In this document: positions 25,282 to 36,962 of the stretch, one piece after another | Numbering within the stretch: the first letter of the stretch is position 1 | Layout of the letters: every line of letters begins with the position of its first letter | Origin: Chiloscyllium plagiosum | Taxonomy: Eukaryota | DNA length: 64,000 nt | Direction: 5' to 3' | NCBI RefSeq assembly: GCF_004010195.1 | Contig: NC_057711.1 | Span: 76,401,817 to 76,465,816 of the forward strand | Translations under genes and position numbers: made by a program | The notes under the pieces: generated by a model | What the model was told of the DNA's origin: nothing | Seen by the model: the letters and a program-made list of their open reading frames with translations, nothing else | Databases searched by the model: none

Positions 25282-25878
25282 GTTCCAAGCCTCAGATGTT
25301 TAATTTGTTACAATAGAAGGAGTTAGGAAGGGGTGGGAATGAAGCAGCAAAATGAAACTATTCATGGGAGCATTCGGTCAATCTTCCAATTTCTGTTAGT
25401 CATTCTACTGCAATTTAGGATGGATTCTATATATGTAAATATGTATCATTTATTTTAGAATTTGGGTTTGAGTTAATGGCATGTGGGTTTTGGTCCGTAT
25501 ATGAAGATTTTTAATTAACTTGGAAGCATTTCTGTAACCATGGTGATTTATTTGTTAAATGCGGATTATATTTGGACAGAATTCCAAGTGTGTAATTTTT
25601 TTTAAGATGTTATAGGCATCAAGGAGTATGGGGATAAGTGGAAATATGGCATTGAGATAGAAAATCAGCAATTATATTCGATAATGAAGCAGGCTCAAAG
25701 GGGTGAATAAGCTGCTACTCTGATTTTCTATTGTTGTAATGGGATTTTCTTTGGGTTTTTCAGAGTGAAGGAAGTATACAGTTGTGTGTTTGGCCTTTCA
25801 TTTAGAAGGTCAAGGGGTTTTTTTTCCTTTTGACTGGGGGGAAATACCAACATCTGAGAGAAAAGCTTTTAGATTTCA

Positions 25879-27122
25879 GTTGTTGGTTGGTTCACAGAGC
25901 CAGTTGATTCTTTTTTGTCAATGTTTTGTCCCCCTACTGGGTAACACATTCAGTGCTGTGGAGCCTCCAGATGAAGCGCTGTTGTTGTGATCTGACCAGA
26001 ATTTATACAGTTCTGTCTGTTACAGTGGGTGGTTCTATTTCTGGCTTTGTACTGTAGTGGTTTGTAGATAGGGTCTATTTCAACATCTTTGTTTATGGAA
26101 TCAGTAGATGAATATCAGGCCTCCAGGAATTCCTGAGCTTGTCTTTGTTTTGCATATCCCAGAATGCAGTGCCATGAGGGAGAGCTGGTCATGGCGCCTT
26201 ATTGCAAGCTGATGCCCATGTATTCTGGTGGTGGGTTTCCTATTTATAAATGTAATAGGATAAACATTACATTTATCCTATGTAATGTTTCTCAGTTGCT
26301 GCATGGTATTTTGTATGTCACATGCATCCTGAATGTTGTGTGAATAGGGTCCTTTGTCTTGGATAGTAGCTGGTGAAGTGTGGCTGTTCGTTTGTGTGCT
26401 GTCATTATTCCCAGAGTGCGTTAAGAGTCTAGTAGTCAGTTCTGAGAAGTTTCTAATATAGGGTAGGGTGGTCAGTTTTGGGGAGCACAGTGTCTTAGTG
26501 TTGTTTGTGTGCTAGGCATCAGTGGATGAAGCTGTTAGGGTATCTATTAGTGGAAGGACTTTGTATAGATGTTCTTTCTTGCAGAGCTCTGGGGCGTTGG
26601 AGTGTGTTATAGCTCATTTAAACAGTCTTGACACAGCTCTGCTTATGGACTTTGGGATGGTTACTGCTATAATTAAGAATCTGGTCTGAATGTGTAGCCT
26701 TTGTGCAGACTCTGATAAGGAATTCACCGTTGTTTCTTCATTGGGTTATTCTACGAGTATGTTTCAAGAATGGGAGTTGGTTGTCTTTCTCTTGTTCGCT
26801 GGTGAACTTGATCCTGGAGAATTTGCTATTAATAAGGTGGTGTGCTTGCTAACCAAGACAAGCTCAGGAATTCCTAGAGACCTGGTATTCATCCACTGGT
26901 GCCATAAACAAACATGCTGAAAAAGACCCCATCTGCTGCCCACTACAGTACAAAACCAGAAATAGAACCACCCACCGTGACTGACAGAACTGTATAAACT
27001 CTGGGCAGATCAAAACAACAGCACTTCATCCGGAGGCTCCACAGCACTGAAGATATCACCGAAGAATGGGATGAAACATTTGCAAAACAAAATAACCAGC
27101 TCGGCAAACTGACCAACAACCC
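25879..27122 (-). mobile_element. Decayed Penelope-like element (RT thumb, GIY-YIG region) with inverted terminal (pLTR) copy
   Basis: Minus strand reads HSDQILNYSSNHPKVHKQSCVKTV, TLPYIRNFSELTTRL, YKIPCSN and AKQRQAQEFLEA. 25879-26147 is mirrored in inverted orientation at 26854-27122. Confidence 0.85.
27044..27083 (+). ncRNA. Decayed minimal hammerhead motif in the inverted pLTR
   Basis: GCA-CUGAAGA-UAUCACCGAAGAAUGGGAU-GAAA-CA-UU-UGC. Stem I GCA/UGC; palindromic CG changed to CA. Confidence 0.55.
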
Positions 27123-27564
27123 ATCTCTCAGATCTTCACAAAAATGTTTTTAGGATTCAATTTGGCAGTTTTGCAGAAGATGTGACTGAAGCTGGATGTG
27201 TAAAACTGTTGCTCCTGATGAGAGGATATGGTCTTGAATTGTGAAGAAATATGTTGCCTCAGTGTAAGCCATTTAGTTTGAATTTTCCAGACCAGAGTGT
27301 TTGGTTATGACCCTGAAGGCATTATTTGAAGCTAAGAAAGTTTAAACTCCAGTAGTATGAAGGCACCAGAAAGAGGCCACCTGATTCTTAAGAAGTTAAG
27401 GTAAATTAAGACTGTTAGAGGTGAAAGAAAAGGGAATTCTCTCTGGTTTCTGTACTAGAAAGGAATGCTTATGGAATTAAGGGCATGTATTTTACCAGGT
27501 AGTCCTAAATCTTTGAAATTGTTCTTGGGTAAATTATTTGCTTCACTCTGTTCTTTCTTAATTT

Positions 27565-27975
27565 GCAAGGTTTGTGAAGGTTTGTAGCTCAGGTTGAGGT
27601 TTAGGGTATAGGTTTGCTCGCTGAGCTGTAGGTTTGATATCCAGACGTTTCATTACCTGGCTAGGTAACATCATCAGTGGCGACCTCCAAGTGAAGTGAA
27701 GCTGTTGTCTCCTGCTTTCTAGTTATATCTTTCTCCTGGATGGGGTTTGTGGTGATGTCATTTCCTGTTCGTTTTCTGAGGGGTTGATAGATGGCATCTA
27801 GATCTATGTGTTTGTTTATGGCGTTGTGGTTGGAGTGCCAGGCCTCTAGGAATTCTCTGGCATGTCTTTGTTTAGCCTGTTCCAGGATAGATGTGTCGTC
27901 CCACTCAAAATGGTGGGTTTTTTCATCCATGTGTAGGGCTACGAGGGAGAGAGGGTCGTGTCTTTTTGTGGCTAG
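27565..27975 (-). mobile_element. Young 5'-truncated Penelope-like element (ORF C-terminus plus pLTR)
   Basis: Open ORF 27661-27930 reads HHFEWDDTSILEQAKQRHAREFLEAWHSNHNAINKHIDLDAIYQPL, a PLE GIY-YIG C-terminus. CpGs retained. CTTAATTT flanks both ends (27557-27564, 27976-27983). Confidence 0.88.
27641..27680 (-). ncRNA. Minimal hammerhead ribozyme motif (intact, GUC site)
   Basis: Minus strand reads CCA-CUGAUGA-U-GUUACCU-AGCC-AGGUAAU-GAAA-CG-UC-UGG. Full core, 7-bp stem II, stem I CCA/UGG. Confidence 0.8.
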
Positions 27976-28066
27976 CTTAATTTCTTTTGCATAATGAATT
28001 TCTGATTTGGTATTGAAATTGAACCTTCAGCATTGCATGTTTGCTTCAATGAAAGACCACCTCATT

Positions 28067-31000
28067 AAAACAAAAGAACAATACAACACAGGGACAGGCC
28101 CTTCAGCCTTCCAAGCCTGCACAACCACATTTAGCCCTTCTCTACTTCACTTACAGGATCCCTCTATTCTCTTCCCATTTACGTATTTGTCCAGATGCAT
28201 CTTGACTGCTGCTATTGTGTCTGCTTCCACCACTATCTCTGCAACATGTTCCAGGCACTCACCACCCTTTGTGTGAAAAACCTGCCTTTCATATTTCCTT
28301 TAAACTCCACTCCCCCACCTCTCTCACTTTGAACCTGTGTCCCCTAGTAATTAATCCCTCCACCCTGGGAGAAAGACTCATTTTCCACTCTATCCTTGCC
28401 ATTCACAATCTCTTAAACTTTTATCAGCTTGCCCCTCATTCAACCTCCTGCATTCCAGTGAAAACTAATCCAGGTCTATTCAAACTTTCTTCATAGCTAA
28501 AATCACCCCCATCCCCCCATACCAGTCAACATCCAGGTAAACTTTTTCTGTACCCTCTCCAAAGCACCACATCCTGTTGGTAATGTGGTGACCAGAACTG
28601 TGTGCAATACCGTGGCCTAATTAAAGTTTCTATAAAGCTGCAGCATATCTTGCCTATCCTTATACCCAATGCTCCTGCCAATGAAGACAAGCATTCTATA
28701 GGTCATTTTCACTACCTTACCTACTTGTGCTGCCACCTTGAGTGATCTATGGACCTGCACACCCACACCCCTCTACAGATCAATACTACTAAGAGTTTTG
28801 CCATTCACTATATAATTTTTCACCTGTACTTGACCTTCCAAACTACATCACATCACATCTGTCAGGATTAAAATCCATCTGCTATTTCTTTGCCTATGCC
28901 TCCAACTAATCTATATCCTGCTGTATCCTCTGATAATCCTCCTCACTATCCACGGCTCCACCAATCTTTGTATCATTCACAAACTTACTAAGTAGACCAA
29001 CTATGTTTTCCTCCAAATCATTTATGTAGATCATGAACTTCGGAGGTCCCAGCACTGATCCCTGTGGAATATTACCAGTCACTGCCCTCAATTCCAAAAA
29101 GCATTCTTCCAACACTACTCTCTGTCTCCTATGACTAAACCAGTTCTATATCTATGTTGCCTGCTCATCCTTGATACCATGTGACTTCACCTTTTGTACC
29201 AGTCTGCCACGAGGAACCTTGTCAAAGGCTTTACTGAAGTTCATATAGACAACAACTGCTTTTCCCTCCATCATCTTCACCACCTCAAAAAACTCAATCA
29301 AGTTAGTGAGGCCCAAACTCCCCCCTTATAAAACCATGCTGTCTACCTTTAATGAGTCCATTTGCTTAGAAATCGGTATAGGTCTTGTCCCTGAGAATCT
29401 TTTCTGATAATTTCCCTATCGCTGACGTGATACTCGCAGGTTTGTAATTCCCAGGATTATCCTTGCTATCCTCCTTCTTAAACAGTGGGACAGCATTGGC
29501 TATTCTCCAGTCCTCTGGGACCTCACCTGTGGCCAGAGAGGATACACCGATGTCTGTCAGTGCTCCAGCAATTTGTTCTCTCGCATCCCTCAGGATCTCA
29601 TCAGGACCCTGGACGAATTTGCCTTAATACTTTGTAAGACGCACAACACCTTCCTTTTTAATGGCGAATTGGCTTAGAAACTCAATATTTCCTTCCCTGA
29701 GATCATCCTCCATCAGTTTCTTCTCTTTGGCAAATACCAACGCACAGTATTCTTTTCGGATCTCACCTACCTCTTGCTCCACACGTAGATTCCCTCTTTT
29801 GTCGTTGAGTGGGCTCACAAAAAGCCTTGGGATTCTCCTTAATCCTGTTTGCTAATGACTTTTCATTACCTATTTTAGCCCTTCTAATTCCTTGCTTAAT
29901 ATTCTTTCCTACTTTTCTTTTATACTTCAAAGGCTTCGGCAGTACCCATCCTCTGAGATATTACGTATGCTTCCTTTTTCTTTCTGATCAAGATTGTAAC
30001 ATCTCCGGTCATCCAATGTTCATGAAACTTGTCGTACCTATCCTTCATTCTCGCAGGAACGTGCCACTCCTGAACTCATCATATGCTGTTTGAAATATTC
30101 CCACATGTTCAATGTAGATTTACCCTCAAACAGCTGTCTGCAATCAAAATTCTCCAGTTCCTGCCTAATATCGTTCTAGTTCACCTTCCCCCAATTTAAG
30201 ACCTTCACCCAGGGACTGCTGTTATCCCTGTCCATGAGTATCTTTAAACTCATGGTGTTATGGTCACTACTCCTGAAATGCTCCCCCACAAAAATTTTCA
30301 CTCATCTAGTAGGGCTCATTTCCCAAAACTAGATCCAGTGTAATCCCTTTCCTGGTTCGATTGTTTTCATATTGTGTCTAGAATCCCTCCCAAATGGCCC
30401 TTACAAATTCTGCCCCATCCAAGCCCCGAGCATGTTCTGAATCGCAGTCAATAGAGGGGAAGTTAAAATCACTTATCACAAAAGCCCTGCTGTTTTTGCA
30501 TCTTTCCAAAATCTGTATCTATTCTCTCCTCTATCTCCTGGTTGTTGGAAGGTCTGTAGTATACCCCCAGCATTATGATTTCACCTTTCCTACTTCTGAG
30601 TTCTACCCATATTATCTCGCTGTACGGGTCCTCTGTCCTCCCTCAATACAGTTGGAATATTCCTTTACTGGTAGTGCAACTTCCCCAAACTCTTTTGCCT
30701 CCCTTTTTATCACACCTGAAACACTTAAAATCTGGGACATTCAGCTGCCAGTCCTGTCCCTCTTCCAGCCATCGCAATAAGGTCATACTTCCAAGTACTA
30801 ACCAAAGCTCTAAGTTCATCTACTTTGCCTATTATACCTCTTGCATTGAAACACATGCATTTCAGACTACCTGCCCTGCTCTCTTCAGCAGCGTTTCCCT
30901 GCCTGTTCTTGTTGTTCTTGCCTTGGTTTCTAATTCTCCCTCAATTTCTGCATCTACCGCCCTTCTCTGGTTCCCATCCCCCTGCCACAATAATTTAAAC

Positions 31001-31500
31001 TCTCCCTAACCACTCTATCAAGTATCCCCCACCAAGGACATCAGTCGCGGTCCTGTCCAAATGTATCCAGTCCAGTTTGTATAGATCCCATGTCGCACAG
31101 ATCTGAAACCCTCCCCCTTGCATCATATTTTCGGCCATACGTTCATCATGTATATCCTGCTGTTTCTACTCTGACTAGCTCGTGGCACTGATAGTAATCC
31201 TAAGATAACCTTTTTGAGGTTCTACATTTCAATTTTCTTCCAAGATCTTTATATCCTGCTTTTAGGAATTACTCTTTTTTTAATGTGTACTACAACCACT
31301 GGCTCTTCACCCTCCCCCTCCAGAATATCCTGCAACTGCTCCAAGACATCTAGGATCCTACCACCAGGGAGGGAACACACCATCCTGCACTCTTGTTTAC
31401 GGCCACAGAAACATCCAGCTATTCCCCTTGCGATTGAATCCCCTATAACCAGAGCATTTCTATGCCTTATCTCTCCCTCCCTCTGCAGGAGAGCCAACCA
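28067..31500 (-). mobile_element. Long decayed CR1 LINE (ORF1 esterase-like plus ORF2)
   Basis: ORF 31249-31497 reads ALVIGDSIARGIAGCFCGRKQECRMVCSLPGGRILDV (GDS esterase motif). ORF 28906-29115 reads IPQGSVLGPPKFMIYINDL...KFVNDTKIGG (RT). Confidence 0.93.
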
Positions 31501-31509
31501 TGTGCCATG

Positions 31510-31905
31510 AATTTTACTGGAGTATCGGAAGCTGAGGGATGACCTTTTAGAAGTTTATAAAATCATGAGCGGCTTGGATAGGGTGAATGTCCAAGGATTT
31601 TTCCCCTGTGTAGGAGGGTCCAAAACTAGAGGGCATAGGTTTAAGGTGAGACGGGCAAGATTTAAAAGGGACTTGAGAGGGGGCAACTTTTTCAGTCTAA
31701 GGGTGCTGCGTGTATGGAATGAGCTGCCAGAGGAAATAGTGGAGGCTGGTATAATTACAACATTTAAAAGACATCTGGATGGGCATATGAACAGGAAGGG
31801 TTTAGAGGAGTATGAGCCAAATGCTGGCAAATTTAGGATATCTGGTAAGCATAGATGAGTTGAACCGAAGAGTCTGTTTCCATGCTGTACATTTCTATGG
31901 CTCTG
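31510..31905 (+). mobile_element. CR1 LINE 3' end, relatively young
   Basis: ORF 31565-31858 reads MSGLDRVNVQGFFPCVGGSKTRGHRFKVR...NFFSLRVLRVWNELPEE; tail CTGTTTCCATGCTGTA. Confidence 0.93.
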
Positions 31906-32962
31906 AGTTATTTCAGATATTATCTTTGCCTCAGCACTGATTCCTGTGTGACATGTGGATGAATCCCAGGTTCCAAATAAATGTGCTTTATTCAATCTTT
32001 TCTGTTCAGTTACACCAGACTGCAGTGTGAAGATAACTACATCATTTCGTGAATGCAATTTCAGAATAGATGTTAGTAAACCTGATAAAGTGAATAAATA
32101 AATTTCCAAAACATTTTAAACTTGGACCCTATTTTAATTTCTCTTCAAAGAACCTGTGCTAAATTCACATTAGAGAACTGTGGTTAGAGCTCTGAGCAAA
32201 ACGGTTTCCTGTTTGCAGGAGAAAACCGTTGTTCCTCTCATGGTGATGGCTATTGTCTGTTTTCTTAAAATACTTTTTCTTCTCCCTTTGCTTGCTATAG
32301 TGCTGAAGTATTTGTTCCATATTGACCATTTAGAAACGTTCCTTGTCCTCTGAACTACATCTTCGTGAAGTAAATACTTTTATCACACTTTGAAATGCAC
32401 AAATTTGAAAATCCCCTGACTGGGATTGTGGAGTGAAAATTGTTTGAAAATTAGTATGTAACATTTAATATGTGCTCATTTTGTGGAAAATGTCCGATAA
32501 ACAATCCATCAAACGTGCAGATATAAATAGACAAAGGTGGACTGAAATTGCAGTCAAATCCTCATCTGATTAAATAGTATGTCCAACATTGACAAAGCAC
32601 CATTATATTTCAAACCTTGATTCAAATCTCTGAACTAGAGGATTAGACATATGTTTTCTGTTTTCAAGTTGTCACTAAGCGAGTGTCTTTTTAGTAATGA
32701 TCGGACTTCTCAATTTGAGTCTGAGGGTTTACTTCCCAAACCATTTTCTACAGTGACACCATTTTGAGGCTTGACGATTATGACAACTCTTGATGAGTGG
32801 GAGGGAAGAGGAAAAAGTCTTTGCTGCAAGGTGACATTGTATGTGGGGAAGAGGGGCATGATGGTGATCAGTCTATGATGTGACCCCAGTCAGGGTCCTT
32901 TCCCCACTTTGGGAAGCCCTGATTTACTGCAACAGTAATTGTTTTTCTTTTCTGTGTTACAG

Positions 32963-33092
32963 GTCCAGGCCAAGAGTCCTGTACACAATGTGCTACAGAT
33001 TACTACCTGGAGGAGTGGAGATGTGTGTTGAGTTGTAGTCTTGGCTACTATATAGATCAGGCATCTGAACGTGGCGAAAAAATATGCAGGAG
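32963..33092 (+). CDS. PCSK5: PCSK5-type exon (Cys-rich repeats) ending at a GC donor
   Basis: Acceptor TTTTCTGTGTTACAG, donor AG|GCAAGT, 130 nt. Encodes (G)PGQESCTQCATDYYLEEWRCVLSCSLGYYIDQASERGEKICR(R). Phase 2 fits the next exon. Confidence 0.92.
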
Positions 33093-33694
33093 GCAAGTTG
33101 TGATTTTAGAAAACGAAATTAAGAATGACAGAATGTATTTTGCAATTTCATTCATGTTGCCAAGCATTATTAAACCATGCCAATCCATAGCTTATTCACC
33201 ACCTGCCCATTGTTGAGGGGACATGTTGAATTATTACCAAAACATGTGGTGGTGTTTTTCAAATTTATTTTTGATGATGGCTAATTTTTTTGTTTGCTGC
33301 ACTTTTTGAAGGCCAGCATTGTTAAACCTCTGAGGATTTAGCAGTGAGCTAATTTCTCTATTTTATTCTAAAGTATACCCTTTTACTCAAAAGCACTAAC
33401 TGGTTTTGCTGAAAAATCCAAGTTAATTGTTCAACCGTTAATATATTCCTTCTCTTTACTTAAACAATTTTCTTTAAATTTGCAATTATGTAAAACCTTT
33501 CTCAACCATGGAATGTCCCAAAACATTTTGTCTAGAAGTATTTCTGAAATATAGGCATTGTTGCAATGTAGGGAAAACATTCAAACGATTGAATGAAAAT
33601 GTTATGTATTTGATTTTTTTATTTAACTTTCTAGTTCTAATATGGATTTTGCTGTGTTCCACTTTTCTATTTTCTCATATTTAAACTATTCAAA

Positions 33695-34370
33695 CAAAAT
33701 CATAGAGTTTATACAGCACAAAAGGAAACCATTCAGCCTGTTATGGCTCTGTCTGTCGACAAGAACAATTTAGGTAATGCCACTTTCCTACCTTCATCTG
33801 TAGCCCTACAATTGTTTGGTCTCCAGGATATATTCCAAGTCTCTTTTGGAAGCCACAATTTGAATGTGCCTCCGCCAAACTCTTGGGTGGTACTTTGTAA
33901 ATCCTAAGTAGTCAGTATTTAAAAAACACAGCTTTTTTTCCAGACACTGGTCCTTGTTCTACCAATCATCATAATGCTTCTCAATTGCTCTATCCATAGG
34001 AATAGGTTCTCTCCATTGCACTGTCCAGACCCCTTATGATTTAGAATGTCTGTCTCACATCTCCTTTCAATTTAGCCTTCTGCAAAGAATATGGCTGCGA
34101 TCTCTTTAACCGAACTATCTATTGAACTGAAGTTCCTCATTAATGGAACCATGTCTCTGAATCTTACCTTATCCTTTCTAATACCATACATCCTTCATAA
34201 AGTGCTTTTTCCAGAAATGAACTCCATATTCCATTTGGGGCCAAACCAGCATTTTAAACAGTTTTATTATAACTTCCTTGAATGTATATTCCATGCTTGT
34301 ATTTATGAAACAAAGAATCAAGCTGCCCTGGCACCTTCAATGATTTGTGTGCACCAGTTCCACTGCTTCT
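33695..34370 (-). mobile_element. Decayed CR1-like 3' end
   Basis: ATCATAGAGTTTATACAGCACA tail and CTGTCCAGACCCCTTATGATTT motif. Confidence 0.7.
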
Positions 34371-35316
34371 GCTCTCCTTTATTCTACTCTCGCGCGCTGT
34401 CTCTCTCTCTCTCTCTCAAGTTCCCCTCTAAGCCACGCAACGTCCTGACTTGAAACTGTATTGCCGTTCCTTCACTACTGCCGGTTCAAAGGCCTAGAAC
34501 TCCTTTACTAACAGCACTGAGAACACACATACTCCCCAAGGAGTCCGTTTACTGCCGCCTTCTCCAAAGATAGTCACAGATGGGCAATAAATACTGGTCT
34601 AGCTAACAGTGCCCCACCCTATTAATTAATTCTGCATAATTAAATTTAATCTGCCACTTGTCTGACATTCCAGCCCTGGTGGCTGGATGCCCTTTTCAAG
34701 TTTTAACCTTTATCCTTCACGTAGTTTGCAATATTAGCACATTTTGTCAGCTGCAGATTTTGGTAAACAGCCATATACTGGCAATAGTTTGGAATGACCT
34801 CACCAAAGAGCTAACACAAATAATGGGCCAAGTGCCCTCATTTTTCTGTAACTATCCATCATCCTTTTTGTACAACCCAAAGTGTTAATGGAGTAAAACA
34901 TAGGAAACATGAGAGGGAAACCTTCCTGTTACTCAGGAAGGGATGTACAACCCAGTCAGATATCTGATGCCACTGTCCCTTGTTAATTCAGAAAGGTCCC
35001 ACAGCACCAAGAGCTGGCTCCTGTAGACTACTCACTTAACATTATGAATGTCAGTGGGTTCAACAGATGCAATCATAACATAAACACTAGAACTGCAACC
35101 TTGTAGATTTTGGGAGCCTGTTGGTTCAGGTGCTAAATACTTTGTAATCTGTCCTCCCAAAATATGATGATGCAGAAACAGGTTTTCATTTCAGATTTCG
35201 GATCAGCAATTACCTTCCATTGAAAAGTCACTTCCTGTCTCCCTGTATTTATTTTGTTTGTATTTACGAAGATATTTATGGGACTTTGGAACAAAATGTA
35301 TTTTTTTTTTCCCAAG

Positions 35317-35432
35317 GTGTGATGCAAGCTGTTTAACTTGTGCTGGCCAGGGAGAAAGAAACTGCAGTACCTGTCCAAGTGGGTATAACCTCGAGGGGGG
35401 AGTCTGTGTGGTCGGTACTGTTTGCAAAGATG
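35317..35432 (+). CDS. PCSK5: PCSK5-type exon (last Cys-rich repeat shared by A/B isoforms)
   Basis: Acceptor T-tract-CCCAAG, donor G|GTGAGT, 116 nt. Encodes CDASCLTCAGQGERNCSTCPSGYNLEGGVCVVGTVCKD. Confidence 0.95.
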
Positions 35433-36667
35433 GTGAGTACTGTTGTTTTTGCTTTTGGCTTAAACTCTGCTCATGAGAGGAAGAGAAAATCAGTTCATTT
35501 GGCAGCATGAATGTTATTTGACAGCCTCTAACTGAATTCAGCTTCTATTTTATTTGTCAGTAAAAGTTCTAAGTTTTGGGTTTTAGCTGACACTGCAAAG
35601 CATAAGGTACTGTTCAATCACCTGTCAAGAAATGGTTTTGGTATTTGAAAATGGCATGTGGTTTTGATTTGTACTACTTGACTGCAAATTACTACTCCCA
35701 CTAATTTCCTTTATCTATTTAATGATGTGCTGTTTTGATACAGACTGGTGGTTGTCCAGTCACTTGCCCAAAGGCCAGTCTTTCTGCATGTGCCCATAGA
35801 ATGAGCCATAACAGAAGCCCATCCGTTTTCATTCAGATTACCATGCTGATTTGTAAGGCATACATGAAATATCGGAGAAAAACAAATTAATGATTCAGTG
35901 AATAAATGCTTAATTAGCAAGGCATATAGGCATAGCATACTTGAACAGGTTGATTCAAAATATGTAGACTCAGTTCAGAGTATATTTTTTATTTAACTGA
36001 TTACAGCAGAGGTGCTGTTAGGTGAACTGCACTTTGCTTCAGACTCCAGGGTGCAAACATAGTTAGGGATATTGCTGTCTGATTACCCTTATTGCAGAAA
36101 GTGTGAATGTGAGGTGAGGATAGTAATTTTCAATTATTAGCAGGGTGTAGTCAACTGCCAGAATCGCATGGGTTGCCTGAATATTGTGTTTTAGATGGGA
36201 ATATTTGAGTTATGCTAAATGGCGAATTATTGAATATGTATCTTCTTTCTGCATGCTTTGTATTCTGAAATGGTCTTATTAAAAGACAATATTTTTGGAA
36301 AATTTTATGGTGAAAAATTATGTGCTGGAGAAGCAATCATTTCTACTGGTTTGGGAAGGTCTTGGATTTCTGTCAGTTTACAGTCCAAAAACAAATCAGC
36401 AAAATAATTTCCTTGATAGAATTAAGCAGCCTGCAGGTGAAATATTCAAAGGTCTTTCAAATGAATGTCAGAATATATTTTTATAATGAACATAGAAGAC
36501 ATTGCATCTCCATCAGTAGTTATTCTTTATTTTAAATTGTCACTCATGTATCATTTTTAGTGTATACTATGGAGGATTTGATCTATTGCAATTGCAAACA
36601 TAGATTTTTTTATTTTATGCCAATTTTTCTAGATTCCTATTTTGCTTTCTTTAATATGATTAAACAG

Positions 36668-36962
36668 TTCTTTTGTCTGTGGTTTTAATTCACTTTCATG
36701 ATGTTTGAAACAACTGTTTTCTAATGTCTTCCTGTTTGATCTTTTTTCTCTTCAAAATGGAATAAAATCAATTCCTGTTTGAAAAAAAATGACGACTTAC
36801 TTCCTGTCGGACGCAATTGCTTCTGATGAACAAAAAAAATTGTTCTGTCAACCTCTTGACTGATTTCTTCTGCCCTGTCTGAAAATCACCTACTTCGTTC
36901 CTCTGCTTCCAACTCCCCTCCACCTTCAAACTTCTGTCTCTGTGATCCCGATCTCTGGAAAG
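36668..36962 (+). promoter_or_regulatory. Extended 3' splice-site region: 293-nt AG-exclusion zone with candidate distant branch point
   Basis: No AG dinucleotide between 36668 and 36960. TTCTAAT (36719-36725) is followed by a pyrimidine tract. Confidence 0.6.
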
